DNA of 64,000 nt from an uncultured Cytophagales bacterium (GCA_963761725.1 CAVXHP010000006.1:253534-317533), one strand, 5' to 3'; positions 19,405 to 29,546 are shown, counted from the stretch's first letter. The notes: generated by a model from the letters alone, not told the origin. Made by a program: numbers and translations.

Positions 19405-20019
19405 ATGTTCGGATTTCTTCGCAATAAAGAACGCTCTACTCAAGATTTATCAGAAAACGAACTGATAGAAGCCTGTAAAAATGGTAGCAGTAAAGCACAA
19501 AAACAACTTTATGAACAGCATTCTGGCAAAATGTTCGGTGTCGCTCTGCGTTATGTGGGCAATCATCATGAAGCCGAAGACGTGCTAGTTACTGCTTTTA
19601 TGAAAGTGTTTGAGCATTTAGATTCTTTCAAAGGCGAAGGAAGTTTTGAAGGTTGGATTCGTAGAATTGTCAGTAATGAAGCTCTAGGTCTTATCCGAAA
19701 ACGCAAAAAAGTGTTTATGGAAGAAATAGAAAACGCAGATTATAAAGGAAAAAACAATCCTGCTAGTACGGCTTTAGAAACAAATGATTTGCTTTCTCTA
19801 GTCAAACAATTACCTGACGGATACAGAACTGTTTTTAATATGTATGCCATTGAAGGTTTTTCGCATAAAGAAATTGGCGAACAATTAGGGATTTCTGAAA
19901 ATACCTCAAAATCTCAACTCAGTAGAGCAAGAGCATTGCTCAAAAAGTGGTTAGAACAAATAGATAACAATACAGACGATACATTGAATAGTCAATCTGT
20001 TACTAGTTTTGTTTTATAA
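19405..20019 (+). CDS. ECF-type RNA polymerase sigma-70 factor
   Basis: Region 2 (HHEAEDVLVTAFMKVF...FEGWIRRIVSNEAL) and region 4 (GYRTVFNMYAIEGFSHKEIGEQLGISENTSKSQLSRAR). Confidence 0.9.
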   Translation: MFGFLRNKERSTQDLSENELIEACKNGSSKAQKQLYEQHSGKMFGVALRYVGNHHEAEDVLVTAFMKVFEHLDSFKGEGSFEGWIRRIVSNEALGLIRKRKKVFMEEIENADYKGKNNPASTALETNDLLSLVKQLPDGYRTVFNMYAIEGFSHKEIGEQLGISENTSKSQLSRARALLKKWLEQIDNNTDDTLNSQSVTSFVL

Positions 20020-20113
20020 ATCGTAGCAGTTTGATTTATAAAAAATACAACAATAAAAAATTTGTCTTTTACATAAGGATTCTAGAAAAATCTTTTTAAA
20101 AATATACGTCATA

Positions 20114-21100
20114 ATGGACAATCAAAAAAATAAATTTTCTACAAATAATTCCGATTCTGATTTAGACCTTCTTTTCAAAGAAACCTTACAGAACCATTCA
20201 GTTCCTACTGAAGACTACGTTTGGAGAAGAATTCAGCATGGATTAGCAGATAGAAAAGGAGCAGAAATTTCTCCCATTACAAAATCAATTATAAAGCGTT
20301 CGTACCTTCCTATTTGGTCGGCTGTAACTGGAATTGCTGCATCACTTTTGATTTGGGCTATCTTTTTCACGCCTTCAACCTCAAATAATGTAGAATTAAA
20401 TTCCACTACAATTGCAAATTCTTCTCAAATAGAAACTGCAAAGGATTTGAACACTTCTTCAATTACTTCTAAAGAAATAGCTTCTCTTAGTTCTGATAAA
20501 GAAATAGTAAATAATAATTTAAAAATCAAAGAAAATCAGAACACAGAGGCAACCTCTTCAAATTTAATTGCATCTAAGAAGCAACAAAAAAAACCAACAA
20601 TTAATAAAATAAATACTCCTTCAAAAAATAAAATCAATCCTAATACTAGTATTGATGAAGTAGTAGCCAGTCTTGAAAAAGACCAAACCAAAAACAGAAA
20701 TCGCAATTCACAGGATAAAATAAATAGTAAAACATTTACTAATCCAAGCACACATATTTCTCAAAATGTTTGGGCAAGTGATTTTGTAGTTCAGAGTTCA
20801 AATTCTTCTTCTTTGAAAAAAAGTAACACAGATACACATCAATTAAATCTTGATAATCAGACTGTTGCTATTACAATCAAGGTAGGAAAAAATGATAATC
20901 TGAATAGTACAAGTCAAGCAACAGGTTTTGATACAATTCAGAATCCTTCACAGTTTGATAAAGCAAAAAATGTCTTGAAAGAAGTTTGGAATCTAAAAAC
21001 TGGTAAAAAAGTTAATTTACAAAATATACTTCCGAATAATGAAAATGAAAAATCAACCACTAATCAATCTAGTTCGAATAATGAAATTCAAGCAGATTAA
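20114..21100 (+). CDS. Putative anti-sigma factor, single-pass membrane protein with low-complexity Ser/Asn/Lys-rich tail
   Basis: Sits immediately downstream of the ECF sigma gene. One TM helix (LPIWSAVTGIAASLLIWAIFF). There is no direct family motif, so the call rests on position only. Confidence 0.4.
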   Translation: MDNQKNKFSTNNSDSDLDLLFKETLQNHSVPTEDYVWRRIQHGLADRKGAEISPITKSIIKRSYLPIWSAVTGIAASLLIWAIFFTPSTSNNVELNSTTIANSSQIETAKDLNTSSITSKEIASLSSDKEIVNNNLKIKENQNTEATSSNLIASKKQQKKPTINKINTPSKNKINPNTSIDEVVASLEKDQTKNRNRNSQDKINSKTFTNPSTHISQNVWASDFVVQSSNSSSLKKSNTDTHQLNLDNQTVAITIKVGKNDNLNSTSQATGFDTIQNPSQFDKAKNVLKEVWNLKTGKKVNLQNILPNNENEKSTTNQSSSNNEIQAD

Positions 21101-22151
21101 TCTAAAAAAGCTCTCTGTACTCACTCTTATTGCTGGATTTATTTTATCTAGCACCTCCAATTCTCTGGCTCAATCGCAGCCTGATACTGTCATTATTGAT
21201 TTTGGAGATAGTAGTAAAGTAAATGTATTTATTCAAAACCAAAAAGATGCAAAGGAAATACGCAATCTTGATTGGAATTTGATTATGGAAAGAACGGCTA
21301 ATTATCTTGAAGAAGCACATCAAAACAACGATAAAGCTGAAAACGAAAGAAAGAAAAAAGAAATTAGCGATGTAGAGGAAACAGAAGACACTTCTAAAAA
21401 AGAAGATGGCAAAACTACTACAATTATTTTCGGAACAAAAGGAATTCGTATCGAACATGATGAAGATGGAGATGGAGTAGCTGATGAGCGTAAGCCAAAA
21501 ACTAAATATCGGAGAACAACTCACTACCAAATTCCAATTGAATTTGGTCTAAACAACTACTTTCAAAACGGTAACTTTGGAGAAACACCAACAGGAGAAG
21601 ATCATGAATTACGCACTTGGGGTTCTCGTTACTTTGCCTTTGGTACTATGTTCAAAACTCAAATTGGTGGTCAGAAAAGTCCTCTTTTGATACAATATGG
21701 ATTAGAAGCATCGTGGAACAACTTTATGTTTTCTGGAGATAATTATGCTTTAGAAACACTAAATGGAATTGAGTTTCCTGAATATGAAAATTCATTAGAA
21801 AAATCAAAACTAACGGCTGCTTATATAAACTTACCTCTTATGGTTCATTTAGATTTTGCAGAAAATAATAAAAGAGGTCTAAAATTAGCCTTTGGTGGTT
21901 ATGCAGGATATAGAGTTGGTGGTTATACCAAAATTGTATATCGTGAAAATGGCGACCGTCAGAAAGATAAAGAACATTCTAATTTCCTATTAAATGATTG
22001 GAGATATGGTCTAAGAGCAGAAATTGGAATTGGAGAAGACAAATTTGATAGTGGTCTGCGTCTTTTCTTTAGTTATGACCTCAATCCACTTTTTACAGAA
22101 AATTCGAATGCTCCCAAATTAAATGCTTTTAGTTTCGGAATTAGACTTTGA
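21081..22151 (+). CDS. Outer-membrane beta-barrel (porin-family-like) protein
   Basis: Signal peptide MKFKQINLKKLSVLTLIAGFILSSTSNSLAQ. The C-terminal half has alternating aromatic/Gly strands and ends ...NAFSFGIRL. Confidence 0.5.
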   Translation: MKFKQINLKKLSVLTLIAGFILSSTSNSLAQSQPDTVIIDFGDSSKVNVFIQNQKDAKEIRNLDWNLIMERTANYLEEAHQNNDKAENERKKKEISDVEETEDTSKKEDGKTTTIIFGTKGIRIEHDEDGDGVADERKPKTKYRRTTHYQIPIEFGLNNYFQNGNFGETPTGEDHELRTWGSRYFAFGTMFKTQIGGQKSPLLIQYGLEASWNNFMFSGDNYALETLNGIEFPEYENSLEKSKLTAAYINLPLMVHLDFAENNKRGLKLAFGGYAGYRVGGYTKIVYRENGDRQKDKEHSNFLLNDWRYGLRAEIGIGEDKFDSGLRLFFSYDLNPLFTENSNAPKLNAFSFGIRL

Positions 22152-23096
22152 AGCTGTTTAAACTTTTTTATTTTTCATAAAGTATTCCCAAAAAGTGTTA
22201 TTTTTAAATAGACTAACATTTAAAATTACTACACTCATGGGAATACTTGGCAAAGATATAATTGAAAAATGGATTTTACCTCATTTACCAGTTGGAAAAA
22301 GAGGTTTTAGTATTGGAGTTCCTTTGGAAGAACTTGTTGAATGTATCTTGCATCGTTTAAAAACAGGTTGTCAATGGCGAGAACTTCCAACAAGACAATT
22401 TTTTGTAAGTGGTACTGTTTTAGACTGGAATACAGTTTATTATCACTTCAATAAATGGTCTAAAGCAGGTTGTTGGAAGCAAATTTGGCTTTCAGTTCTG
22501 ATAGCTCATCGTGAGTATTTAGACTTATCTTCTATAGAATTAGATGGAAGCCACACTCCTGCTAAAAATGGAGGAGAAGCTGTTGGCTATCAAGGACGAA
22601 AAGGTTGCAAAACAAGCAATGCTTTGTTTATGTCTGATAGTCAAGGTGTTATGCTCGCCATTTCTACTCCTCAAGAAGGACAGCACCACGATTTGTTTGA
22701 AATACAAACTCTTTTTGAAGAGTTATGCACTATTTTAAAAGAGGCGAAAATTGATTTAGAAGACTTGTTTTTGAATGCAGACCCTGGATTTGATTCAGAG
22801 AATTTCAGAGAAGCCTGTAAGAAAGAGAATATATTTCCTAATGTGAAACCAAATCCGAGAAATAACTCAAAAAATGAAGATAGAGAACCTTATCAAAGTG
22901 GAACACATATTTTTGATGAGCAACTTTATAAAAAAAGAACAGTAATTGAACATGCTAATGCTTGGTTAGATGGATTTAAAGCTCTTTTAGTACGATTTGA
23001 GTTTAAAAAACAGAATTGGGTAGCTTTACATTTTATCGCATTTGTAATTATATTTTTAAGGAAAATTAAGAAACTAAAAAAAGTTTAAACAGCTTC
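22150..23096 (+). mobile_element. IS5-family insertion sequence (947 bp)
   Basis: Perfect 20-bp terminal inverted repeats: GAAGCTGTTTAAACTTTTTT at 22150-22169 and its reverse complement at 23077-23096. A single DDE transposase ORF lies between them. TTT flanks both ends. Confidence 0.85.
22237..23088 (+). CDS. IS5-family DDE transposase
   Basis: N-terminal HRLKTGCQWRELP (DUF4096-like) motif. DDE candidates are ELDGSH, NADPGFDS and RTVIEHANAWLDGFKALLVRFE. Confidence 0.85.
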   Translation: MGILGKDIIEKWILPHLPVGKRGFSIGVPLEELVECILHRLKTGCQWRELPTRQFFVSGTVLDWNTVYYHFNKWSKAGCWKQIWLSVLIAHREYLDLSSIELDGSHTPAKNGGEAVGYQGRKGCKTSNALFMSDSQGVMLAISTPQEGQHHDLFEIQTLFEELCTILKEAKIDLEDLFLNADPGFDSENFREACKKENIFPNVKPNPRNNSKNEDREPYQSGTHIFDEQLYKKRTVIEHANAWLDGFKALLVRFEFKKQNWVALHFIAFVIIFLRKIKKLKKV

Positions 23097-23564
23097 TTTA
23101 AAATAAAGTAAGAAGTAAAATGTCAGAGGTTAAGTAGTCGTACAAAATTAATAATACATATTAGCGAGTGATTTTTAAGATTTTTAAGATAAAATACAAG
23201 ATAAATGCAAATAAAACAAATAATAATTGTTTTTTTAATAGTAATTAAATTTTTATTGCATTTATCTTCATTCATCATATAGATCATAAAAATCATTTAC
23301 CAATAAGTTCAAGTCATTTTTATTTTGTCCAACTACTTAGAAATGTAGAATTTGACTTCATACTTCTGACTTTCATTAAAAAACCAGCTATGATAATTAA
23401 ATAATCAAACAAATACTCTCTTCCAATTAATGAAGAATAAGCAATTACAAATATCTTGTAGTTGCTTATTTTTTTTGATTTTACTTTACTAAAAAAATGA
23501 ATAGTTTTACGGTATTGAATTTTAGCTATTTTAGCTAAAGAGTAATATTTAAAAAAATCAAAAA

Positions 23565-24179
23565 ATGAAATTAAATTACTTATTCTTATTGGCACTAATC
23601 ATTCTTAATTCTTGTAAAAATCTACCTTCTACCTCTAGCACTTCTTTTTTTTCAGAAGAAGAATTAAAATTAATCTATGAGCAGGATTCTAGTCAAGCCA
23701 TGCGTGTTTGGAAAATTACAAATAAAGAAGATTCTATATTTTTGAGGAAGAGTTCTCAAGAGGTAAAATTTGACCCAACAGACACCACTATTCAGCATTT
23801 CGTTTACCGACTTTTCAAAACGGTTCGTCATCCCAACTCATTAGGAGTAGGAATTGCTGCTCCACAAGTAGGAATTAATAAGCGTATTATTTGGGTAAAG
23901 CGTTTTGATAAAGTGACAGAAGAAATGCCTTTTGAGGTTTATATCAATCCTAAAATTATCAAATATAGCGACGAAGTAAAAGAAACGATGGAAGGCTGCC
24001 TTTCTATTCCAGACCGTAGAGAAAAAGTAATTCGTCCAGACAAAATAACGATTGAATACCAGACTTTAGATGGAGAAAAACACCAAGAAATTGTCAATGG
24101 TTTTACTTCTGTTATCTTTCAACACGAAATAGACCATCTTGATGGAATATTGTATTTGGATCATTTGAAGAATGAGTGA
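23565..24179 (+). CDS. def: Peptide deformylase paralogue with lipoprotein signal peptide
   Basis: All three PDF motifs are present: GVGIAAPQVG, EGCLSIP and QHEIDHLDG. The N-terminus MKLNYLFLLALIILNSCK looks like a lipoprotein signal. Confidence 0.85.
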   Translation: MKLNYLFLLALIILNSCKNLPSTSSTSFFSEEELKLIYEQDSSQAMRVWKITNKEDSIFLRKSSQEVKFDPTDTTIQHFVYRLFKTVRHPNSLGVGIAAPQVGINKRIIWVKRFDKVTEEMPFEVYINPKIIKYSDEVKETMEGCLSIPDRREKVIRPDKITIEYQTLDGEKHQEIVNGFTSVIFQHEIDHLDGILYLDHLKNE

Positions 24180-24273
24180 GATATTGTTACTTATTAGATT
24201 TAATGAATTTTAGCTACAGAGATTACATTGCTCTGCAACTAAAATTCTGAAAATAATTTAATTAATAATCATA

Positions 24274-24810
24274 ATGTCAAAAAAAACTAAACTGATTTTA
24301 TTATTTTTAATGATGACTCTACTACAGTCTTGTAAAAATGATAAGTCAAATACTAATATAGAATTAAAGTTAGATAGCATTTTTATTAATCAACACCAAA
24401 ATAAAGAAATTGAAGGTTTACCCTATGTTTTTTTCTATTATAGTTTTTTCAACAATACAAAAGATACAGTCATTTTAGATTTTAAAATGTTTGCAGACTT
24501 AGAAAATGCTAATTTAGAAAACGCTAGAGATAGAGCCTTTTGTTTGTGTAACAAAGATTCAATAGAGTTATTTACTGATATACTTGATGAATACATAGTT
24601 CCTCCTAATAAAGTACAAGATATTAGATTTGGTATTTCTATTGATTTTTTTACAGATAATAATCTTAAACTAGACACATTAACTTTTTATGCAAATAATT
24701 GTAAAAACATATTCTACATAAATAGTAAAATTATTGAAGACCTTTCCATTAAGCCTAAAATTAGATATAGAGATGTAAATGATACATCAGAAACTCAAAT
24801 TTGGAAATAG
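24274..24810 (+). CDS. Hypothetical lipoprotein
   Basis: Signal peptide with lipobox LLQSCK; 178 aa; no recognisable domain. Confidence 0.5.
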   Translation: MSKKTKLILLFLMMTLLQSCKNDKSNTNIELKLDSIFINQHQNKEIEGLPYVFFYYSFFNNTKDTVILDFKMFADLENANLENARDRAFCLCNKDSIELFTDILDEYIVPPNKVQDIRFGISIDFFTDNNLKLDTLTFYANNCKNIFYINSKIIEDLSIKPKIRYRDVNDTSETQIWK

Positions 24811-24869
24811 ATAAATTTATTAATGTTTGTGTTCTGCAAACAACATTCCCAACATTTTTCTAAAATCAC

Positions 24870-24900
24870 AATCTCATAATTATTATTTTATCAAAATAAA
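24870..24900 (+). repeat. attL core (31-bp direct repeat)
   Basis: Identical to 40069-40099. Confidence 0.8.
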
Positions 24901-25036
24901 CAATCTATTGTTTTTTTACTTTTTATGTATAATATGAAAACGCCCCTCAGATATAAATAAGGCACTTTTTAGTCAAAAGAGTTGAATAAGTCAAAGTAGA
25001 ACATAGTGATTTTTTTTACACTATATTTACACCAAG

Positions 25037-26266
25037 ATGTCTTCTATCAAAACTATTTTGTACACACAGAAAAAACTAGCAGACGGACAGTCGCCAGTTA
25101 TGCTTTACGTTTATGAAGAAAAACCTTATCGTCTTTCACTAGGTTACAGAGCTTTTCCGAAAGACTGGGATAATAAGAAAGGGAGGTTTAATAAAAGCCA
25201 TCCTAATGCAAAAGCTAAAAACCTTGAATTACGTAAAAAGGAACTACTTGCTCACGAGCTTGTAGATGATTTTGTCAGAAAAGGAGAACGATTTGATTTC
25301 CCTACTTTCAAAAAAGTATTTAGAGGAGAAAAAGAAGAAAAACAGGAAGAGAAAAAAGAAGTTAATTTTTATGACTTTGTTGAAGAGCTAATTTCTGCTA
25401 AGAAAAAACTTGGAAAAATATCTACTTCAAGAGGTTACAAAGATGTTTACAATATCTTAAAGCGTTACCATCCAAAGCCATTAAAGTTTGAGGATATAAA
25501 CTATTCCTTTCTGAAAAAAATAGAAGCTGAACTATTTGCAATAGGGTCTAAAAAAGGAACTGTCTTTACTCGTATGGCTATACTAAGAGCTATGTATTAT
25601 GAAGGTATTAGATGCAATCACATTTCAAAAGATAAAAACCCCTTTAATAATTCCTTTAAAAAAGACGGATATAATTTTTCAAAATTTAAGTCAGATTTAA
25701 GACCTAGAGCTTTAGATAAAGAAGAGTTAGATAGGTTCAGAAATTTTGATATTAAGAAATATCCAGAGCTATCCTTAGCTTGGTATTATTTTATGTTTTC
25801 TTTCAAGTTGTTTGGGATTAATTTCACAGATATAGCAAAGCTAACAGACGATAATATTAAAGGCACACGTTTGGAGTATGTAAGACAAAAAACAGGTAAA
25901 TCCTTTAGTTTGCTACTAACAAAAGAAACACAAGATATTATAAAAAATTTTAGTTCTGAATCAGATTATCTCTTTCCAGTTCTCAAAAAAGAGAAGCATA
26001 ACACTATTGTAAAAATAAAAAACAAAATAGGTAATACTCAAAAGCAAATCAACGACGATTTGAGACAAATTGCACTAATCCAAGGCATTAGTAAATATAT
26101 CACGTTTTATACAGCTAGACATACTGCTGCAATGGCTTTAAAACGCAAGGGAATAAGCACAGATATTATTTCAGAAGCGTTAGGACACAGCGACTTAGCA
26201 GTTACACAACATTATTTGTCTAAGTTTGATAACAATGTTTTAGATAGTGCTATAATGGACTTGTAG
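25037..26266 (+). CDS. int: Tyrosine-type site-specific integrase
   Basis: C-terminal catalytic region TARHTAAMALKRKGISTDIISEALGHSDLAVTQHYL (R..H..R..Y pattern). The N-terminal arm-type/SAM-like region is typical of Bacteroidota integrases. Confidence 0.9.
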   Translation: MSSIKTILYTQKKLADGQSPVMLYVYEEKPYRLSLGYRAFPKDWDNKKGRFNKSHPNAKAKNLELRKKELLAHELVDDFVRKGERFDFPTFKKVFRGEKEEKQEEKKEVNFYDFVEELISAKKKLGKISTSRGYKDVYNILKRYHPKPLKFEDINYSFLKKIEAELFAIGSKKGTVFTRMAILRAMYYEGIRCNHISKDKNPFNNSFKKDGYNFSKFKSDLRPRALDKEELDRFRNFDIKKYPELSLAWYYFMFSFKLFGINFTDIAKLTDDNIKGTRLEYVRQKTGKSFSLLLTKETQDIIKNFSSESDYLFPVLKKEKHNTIVKIKNKIGNTQKQINDDLRQIALIQGISKYITFYTARHTAAMALKRKGISTDIISEALGHSDLAVTQHYLSKFDNNVLDSAIMDL

Positions 26267-26353
26267 CACTTATTCGGATTCAAATCACTTGAAATATCCA
26301 TTTCTATTTACATACTCTTGAAAATAAATTTTCAAACAAAAATGTAACACAAA

Positions 26354-26668
26354 ATGGATATTTCAAAATTTGGCTGGACACGAAAAGAACAAGAAGTAAA
26401 AACAGGAGATTATCATTTTTCTGGTCGTATTCTTATGACAGCTACTGTTCAAGAGCATTTAGAACAAGAGGTAATACAAGCTATTGTATTTGATGCCTTG
26501 AAATTTGCAAAAGAACAAAACGGAATAGACTATTTATTAGTCTATCTAAATGCAGAAACAGGCGAAAAGCTATTTTTCATTGATGAATCTACTAAGGCTG
26601 AATTACAGTCTGGTCAAAAGCCACAAGAGTATAATTATGCTACTCTTATGTTTGCAGAAGATTACTAA
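26354..26668 (+). CDS. Hypothetical protein (104 aa)
   Basis: Clean ATG..TAA ORF followed by a terminator hairpin. No recognisable motif. Confidence 0.5.
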   Translation: MDISKFGWTRKEQEVKTGDYHFSGRILMTATVQEHLEQEVIQAIVFDALKFAKEQNGIDYLLVYLNAETGEKLFFIDESTKAELQSGQKPQEYNYATLMFAEDY

Positions 26669-26675
26669 AAAAACA

Positions 26676-26705
26676 AAAAGCAAGAACAGATTTGTTCTTG
26701 CTTTT
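26676..26705. terminator. Bidirectional hairpin terminator
   Basis: AAAAGCAAGAAC agattt GTTCTTGCTTTT, located between convergent genes. Confidence 0.65.
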
Positions 26706-26727
26706 CTTTTATAAAGAATATTATCTT

Positions 26728-27081
26728 TTATAAGATTCTGGTTCCATCTTCTACTTTAAAAGAAGGCTCTAACAATACAGTTCCTTCTTTTTTACATATA
26801 GCAGCCAATACTAAAACCTCAGATTTCACACCAGCAATCCTTTTTGAAGGGAAATTAATTACAGCAATGATTTGTTTGTTCATTAGGTCTTCAATAGTGT
26901 AATTTTCTGTTATTTGTGCAGAACTATTTTTTACCCCTAACTTTCCAAAGTCAATTTCTAATTTATAAGCTGGTTTACGAGCCTTTGGATTTAGTTCTAC
27001 TGATATTATAGTTCCAGTAAACATTCCAACTTTTAAGAAATCATCAAACTGGATTTCTTGTAAATTTTCTATATTTTGCAT
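26728..27081 (-). CDS. csaA: CsaA/Trbp111-like tRNA-binding (EMAP/OB-fold) domain protein
   Basis: FLKVGMFTGTIISVELNPKARKPAYKLEIDFG...SSAQIT...LMNKQIIAVINFPSKRIAGVKSEVLVLA. ATG at 27081. Confidence 0.75.
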   Translation of the reverse strand: MQNIENLQEIQFDDFLKVGMFTGTIISVELNPKARKPAYKLEIDFGKLGVKNSSAQITENYTIEDLMNKQIIAVINFPSKRIAGVKSEVLVLAAICKKEGTVLLEPSFKVEDGTRIL

Positions 27082-27165
27082 TGATTTCAAAGGTTAAATT
27101 AAATGTTTTAAACAAAAACTCCCCACTACTGACTATCAGTATAGTGAGGAGGATTACTATTTTAA

Positions 27166-28074
27166 CTAATCAAAACCATTAACCAAGCTAAATTCTAAAG
27201 GAATTTCCAAATGCTCCTCTAAAGAATCAAACTTGAAAGAAGGGTGTTTTTCGCTTTTTGGTCTTCTCGTGAAGAAAAGAATCATATCTCGCCACGCTTC
27301 TAAGTTTTCGTCGTGTGGATTCAATGCAGATACTGAATGTTTCAATTCGCTATCTACAATAATAAGGGTATCTAAAAAATGCCAATGTTGGCACTTACCT
27401 ATAACAAATCTAGGGTCTGTTTTATCCCAAGATACGCCTATTTGTTGCTTTTCATTATGTACTTCTGATATTGCAGAGTTCTTTTTCATATTACTAGAAC
27501 GAATAAACGTAGTCATAGTATGCTCTACTCCATCGCTATGAACCCCCTCTTTTGCAGGTTCTCCAATATGGTCTTTATTAGTGATAGTACGAAGCTGAAA
27601 AACTGTTGATACCCAACACATTACATCTTTTTGCAAGTTTGAACGAAGTTTTACATCCACGCTGCTAATAATGATAGCCTTAAATTTCATTAGAGCTTGA
27701 AATGCAGTGTTACATTGTAAATTATCTTGAATCCCTCTAAAATGACGCAACATACCTGCATCATCTCTGACAAAATCTTCATCCTCAGAAAGAACAAAAG
27801 GTTGAAATTTTAGTCTAGAAACTTTCTCTTCTTGTAGGTTAATAAGAAAACGACCATTACGAGACTTTCTAAACGGAAGAGTTGGGTCTTCTCCCAAATC
27901 TTGGTTAGCATATTGAAGATTAGACAAATCTTCCTCACTTGCACCTAAAAAGCGTAGGATAGTTTCAATCTTCCATCCTTGAATAAAAACAAATCTGTTT
28001 TTTTCATAATTTTCCTTAATCTCCATTAGGTATTTCCCAACAGGAGTTACTTTTGACATCAAATTTGTACTCAT
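27166..28074 (-). CDS. 2OG-Fe dioxygenase family protein (PF10014-like, the isoleucine-hydroxylase IDO family)
   Basis: EGVHSDGVEH (HxD) ...IRSSNM... then D..LKHSV (distal His) and WRDMILFFTRR. Resemblance to the PF10014 consensus is judged from memory. Confidence 0.6.
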   Translation of the reverse strand: MSTNLMSKVTPVGKYLMEIKENYEKNRFVFIQGWKIETILRFLGASEEDLSNLQYANQDLGEDPTLPFRKSRNGRFLINLQEEKVSRLKFQPFVLSEDEDFVRDDAGMLRHFRGIQDNLQCNTAFQALMKFKAIIISSVDVKLRSNLQKDVMCWVSTVFQLRTITNKDHIGEPAKEGVHSDGVEHTMTTFIRSSNMKKNSAISEVHNEKQQIGVSWDKTDPRFVIGKCQHWHFLDTLIIVDSELKHSVSALNPHDENLEAWRDMILFFTRRPKSEKHPSFKFDSLEEHLEIPLEFSLVNGFD

Positions 28075-28427
28075 AGTATTAGTTATTTTGTTTGAGTATA
28101 AAATAATATTGCGTTTGACTGTCTAATCATTAAAAAAGGTCTAGGTAGTCTTTAAGTTATTTTGTACTACCCAGTGTCGTAAATGTATCCTATTTACGGC
28201 ACTTTTTTTATGTGAAAAAGATAACAAACAACAATGCATCACAAACGTTAGTAATGTTATCATAAATATAAGTTATATTTTTTATTTAGGCAAATTATTT
28301 GATATAATAACTAACAAAAATCACGAATTTTTTTTTCGCAATAGTTTCTACATAAAATATATATTGCTATTATAGCTTACAATTTTGTAGTTTTGCAAAA
28401 AATCACAGCACTAAAACATAATTTATA

Positions 28428-29546
28428 GTGAGAAATAATACAACAAACGTTAGGAATATCTTATCTCTTTGGTTAGGTGTATTCCTTAGTAGGATGAGAC
28501 AACAAAGGAGTATTTCAGCTAATGACCTTAGTACGACAATGAAATTTTCTACTCCTTATTTACGTATGGTGGAAAATGGTCTTACCAACATAGCCCCAGC
28601 AAGAGCATTAGATGTATTGATAGGTTTTACAGACTTATTCAGTTTGAATGGTTACTTGTCATCACTTAGTAATTACTTAGTTGCTGTACAGTATCTATCA
28701 ACTTATGATGACGTAAAAAGCACAAAAGCTGCATTACAAGATTTGAAAGATGCAGATAAAGGTTTAGAAAAATTACTTTCAAATATTAATGATATACATT
28801 GGAAATATTTGGAAGAACAAGATTATGATGAACTAAAGAATAGTTTTGGAAAAAAGCCATTTGTTGAAGAGTTAGAAAAATATTTGACTAATCCATATTA
28901 TGCCCTTAATCAAGTAGATGGAATTGCTCAAAATTGGGCAGACTTATATGGTAAAACACCTTCACTATTTCAAGATTTTCTATATAGAAGATACAATTCA
29001 ATAAAAAACGACATAGAAGACTTAATCTCATACTCTCAATATTATAGCTTATCAGATTGGGAAGATAATAATGAAAAAATGATAGTAAAGTGTTTGGGGA
29101 TTACAAGAAGTATAGACCACTTACTATTAGATTCAGATAAGTTTAAGTGGAGCTTTTTGAAAAATAAAAGTTTTAAAAGTCTGAAATGTATAATATTTGA
29201 GCCGTACAATTCCCTTAAGGAAGATAAACTATTCAGTATAATTTCAGAACAATGCCAAATACCTATTGACAAAGCAAGACAACTTATTAATTTGGTTACA
29301 CTTCCCTCGGATGAGGTAGAGTATATTTGTAATCACTTACCAAGGTATACAAAAAGTTTAAATATAGATTACTGGCTTTATGAATTAAAGAACACAAATA
29401 AAATAGGTTTCTGTATTACTTTTCAAGATAGTTTACCTATAGAACTTAGTAAGCAATATTTAAACTATACTCTATATGATACTTCAGAGATTTTGAGTAA
29501 TGATGAAATACGAGAAATATTTACGATAATAAATCAATATTTATGA
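28428..29546 (+). CDS. XRE-type HTH domain protein with large uncharacterised C-terminal domain
   Basis: N-terminus LSRMRQQRSISANDLSTTMKFSTPYLRMVENGLTNIAPARALDVL resembles an HTH_3 domain. GTG start. The stop overlaps the next start (ATGA). Confidence 0.55.
   Translation: MRNNTTNVRNILSLWLGVFLSRMRQQRSISANDLSTTMKFSTPYLRMVENGLTNIAPARALDVLIGFTDLFSLNGYLSSLSNYLVAVQYLSTYDDVKSTKAALQDLKDADKGLEKLLSNINDIHWKYLEEQDYDELKNSFGKKPFVEELEKYLTNPYYALNQVDGIAQNWADLYGKTPSLFQDFLYRRYNSIKNDIEDLISYSQYYSLSDWEDNNEKMIVKCLGITRSIDHLLLDSDKFKWSFLKNKSFKSLKCIIFEPYNSLKEDKLFSIISEQCQIPIDKARQLINLVTLPSDEVEYICNHLPRYTKSLNIDYWLYELKNTNKIGFCITFQDSLPIELSKQYLNYTLYDTSEILSNDEIREIFTIINQYL

Noticed and set aside
23320-23595. Track ORF (91 aa, minus strand) upstream of def.
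   Set aside because: - AT-rich intergenic sequence.
- It overlaps the def start.
- Composition is Ile/Phe/Lys-rich with no motifs.
- The region also contains a long inverted repeat (23198-23216 with 23250-23268) and a short tandem repeat, so it looks non-coding.
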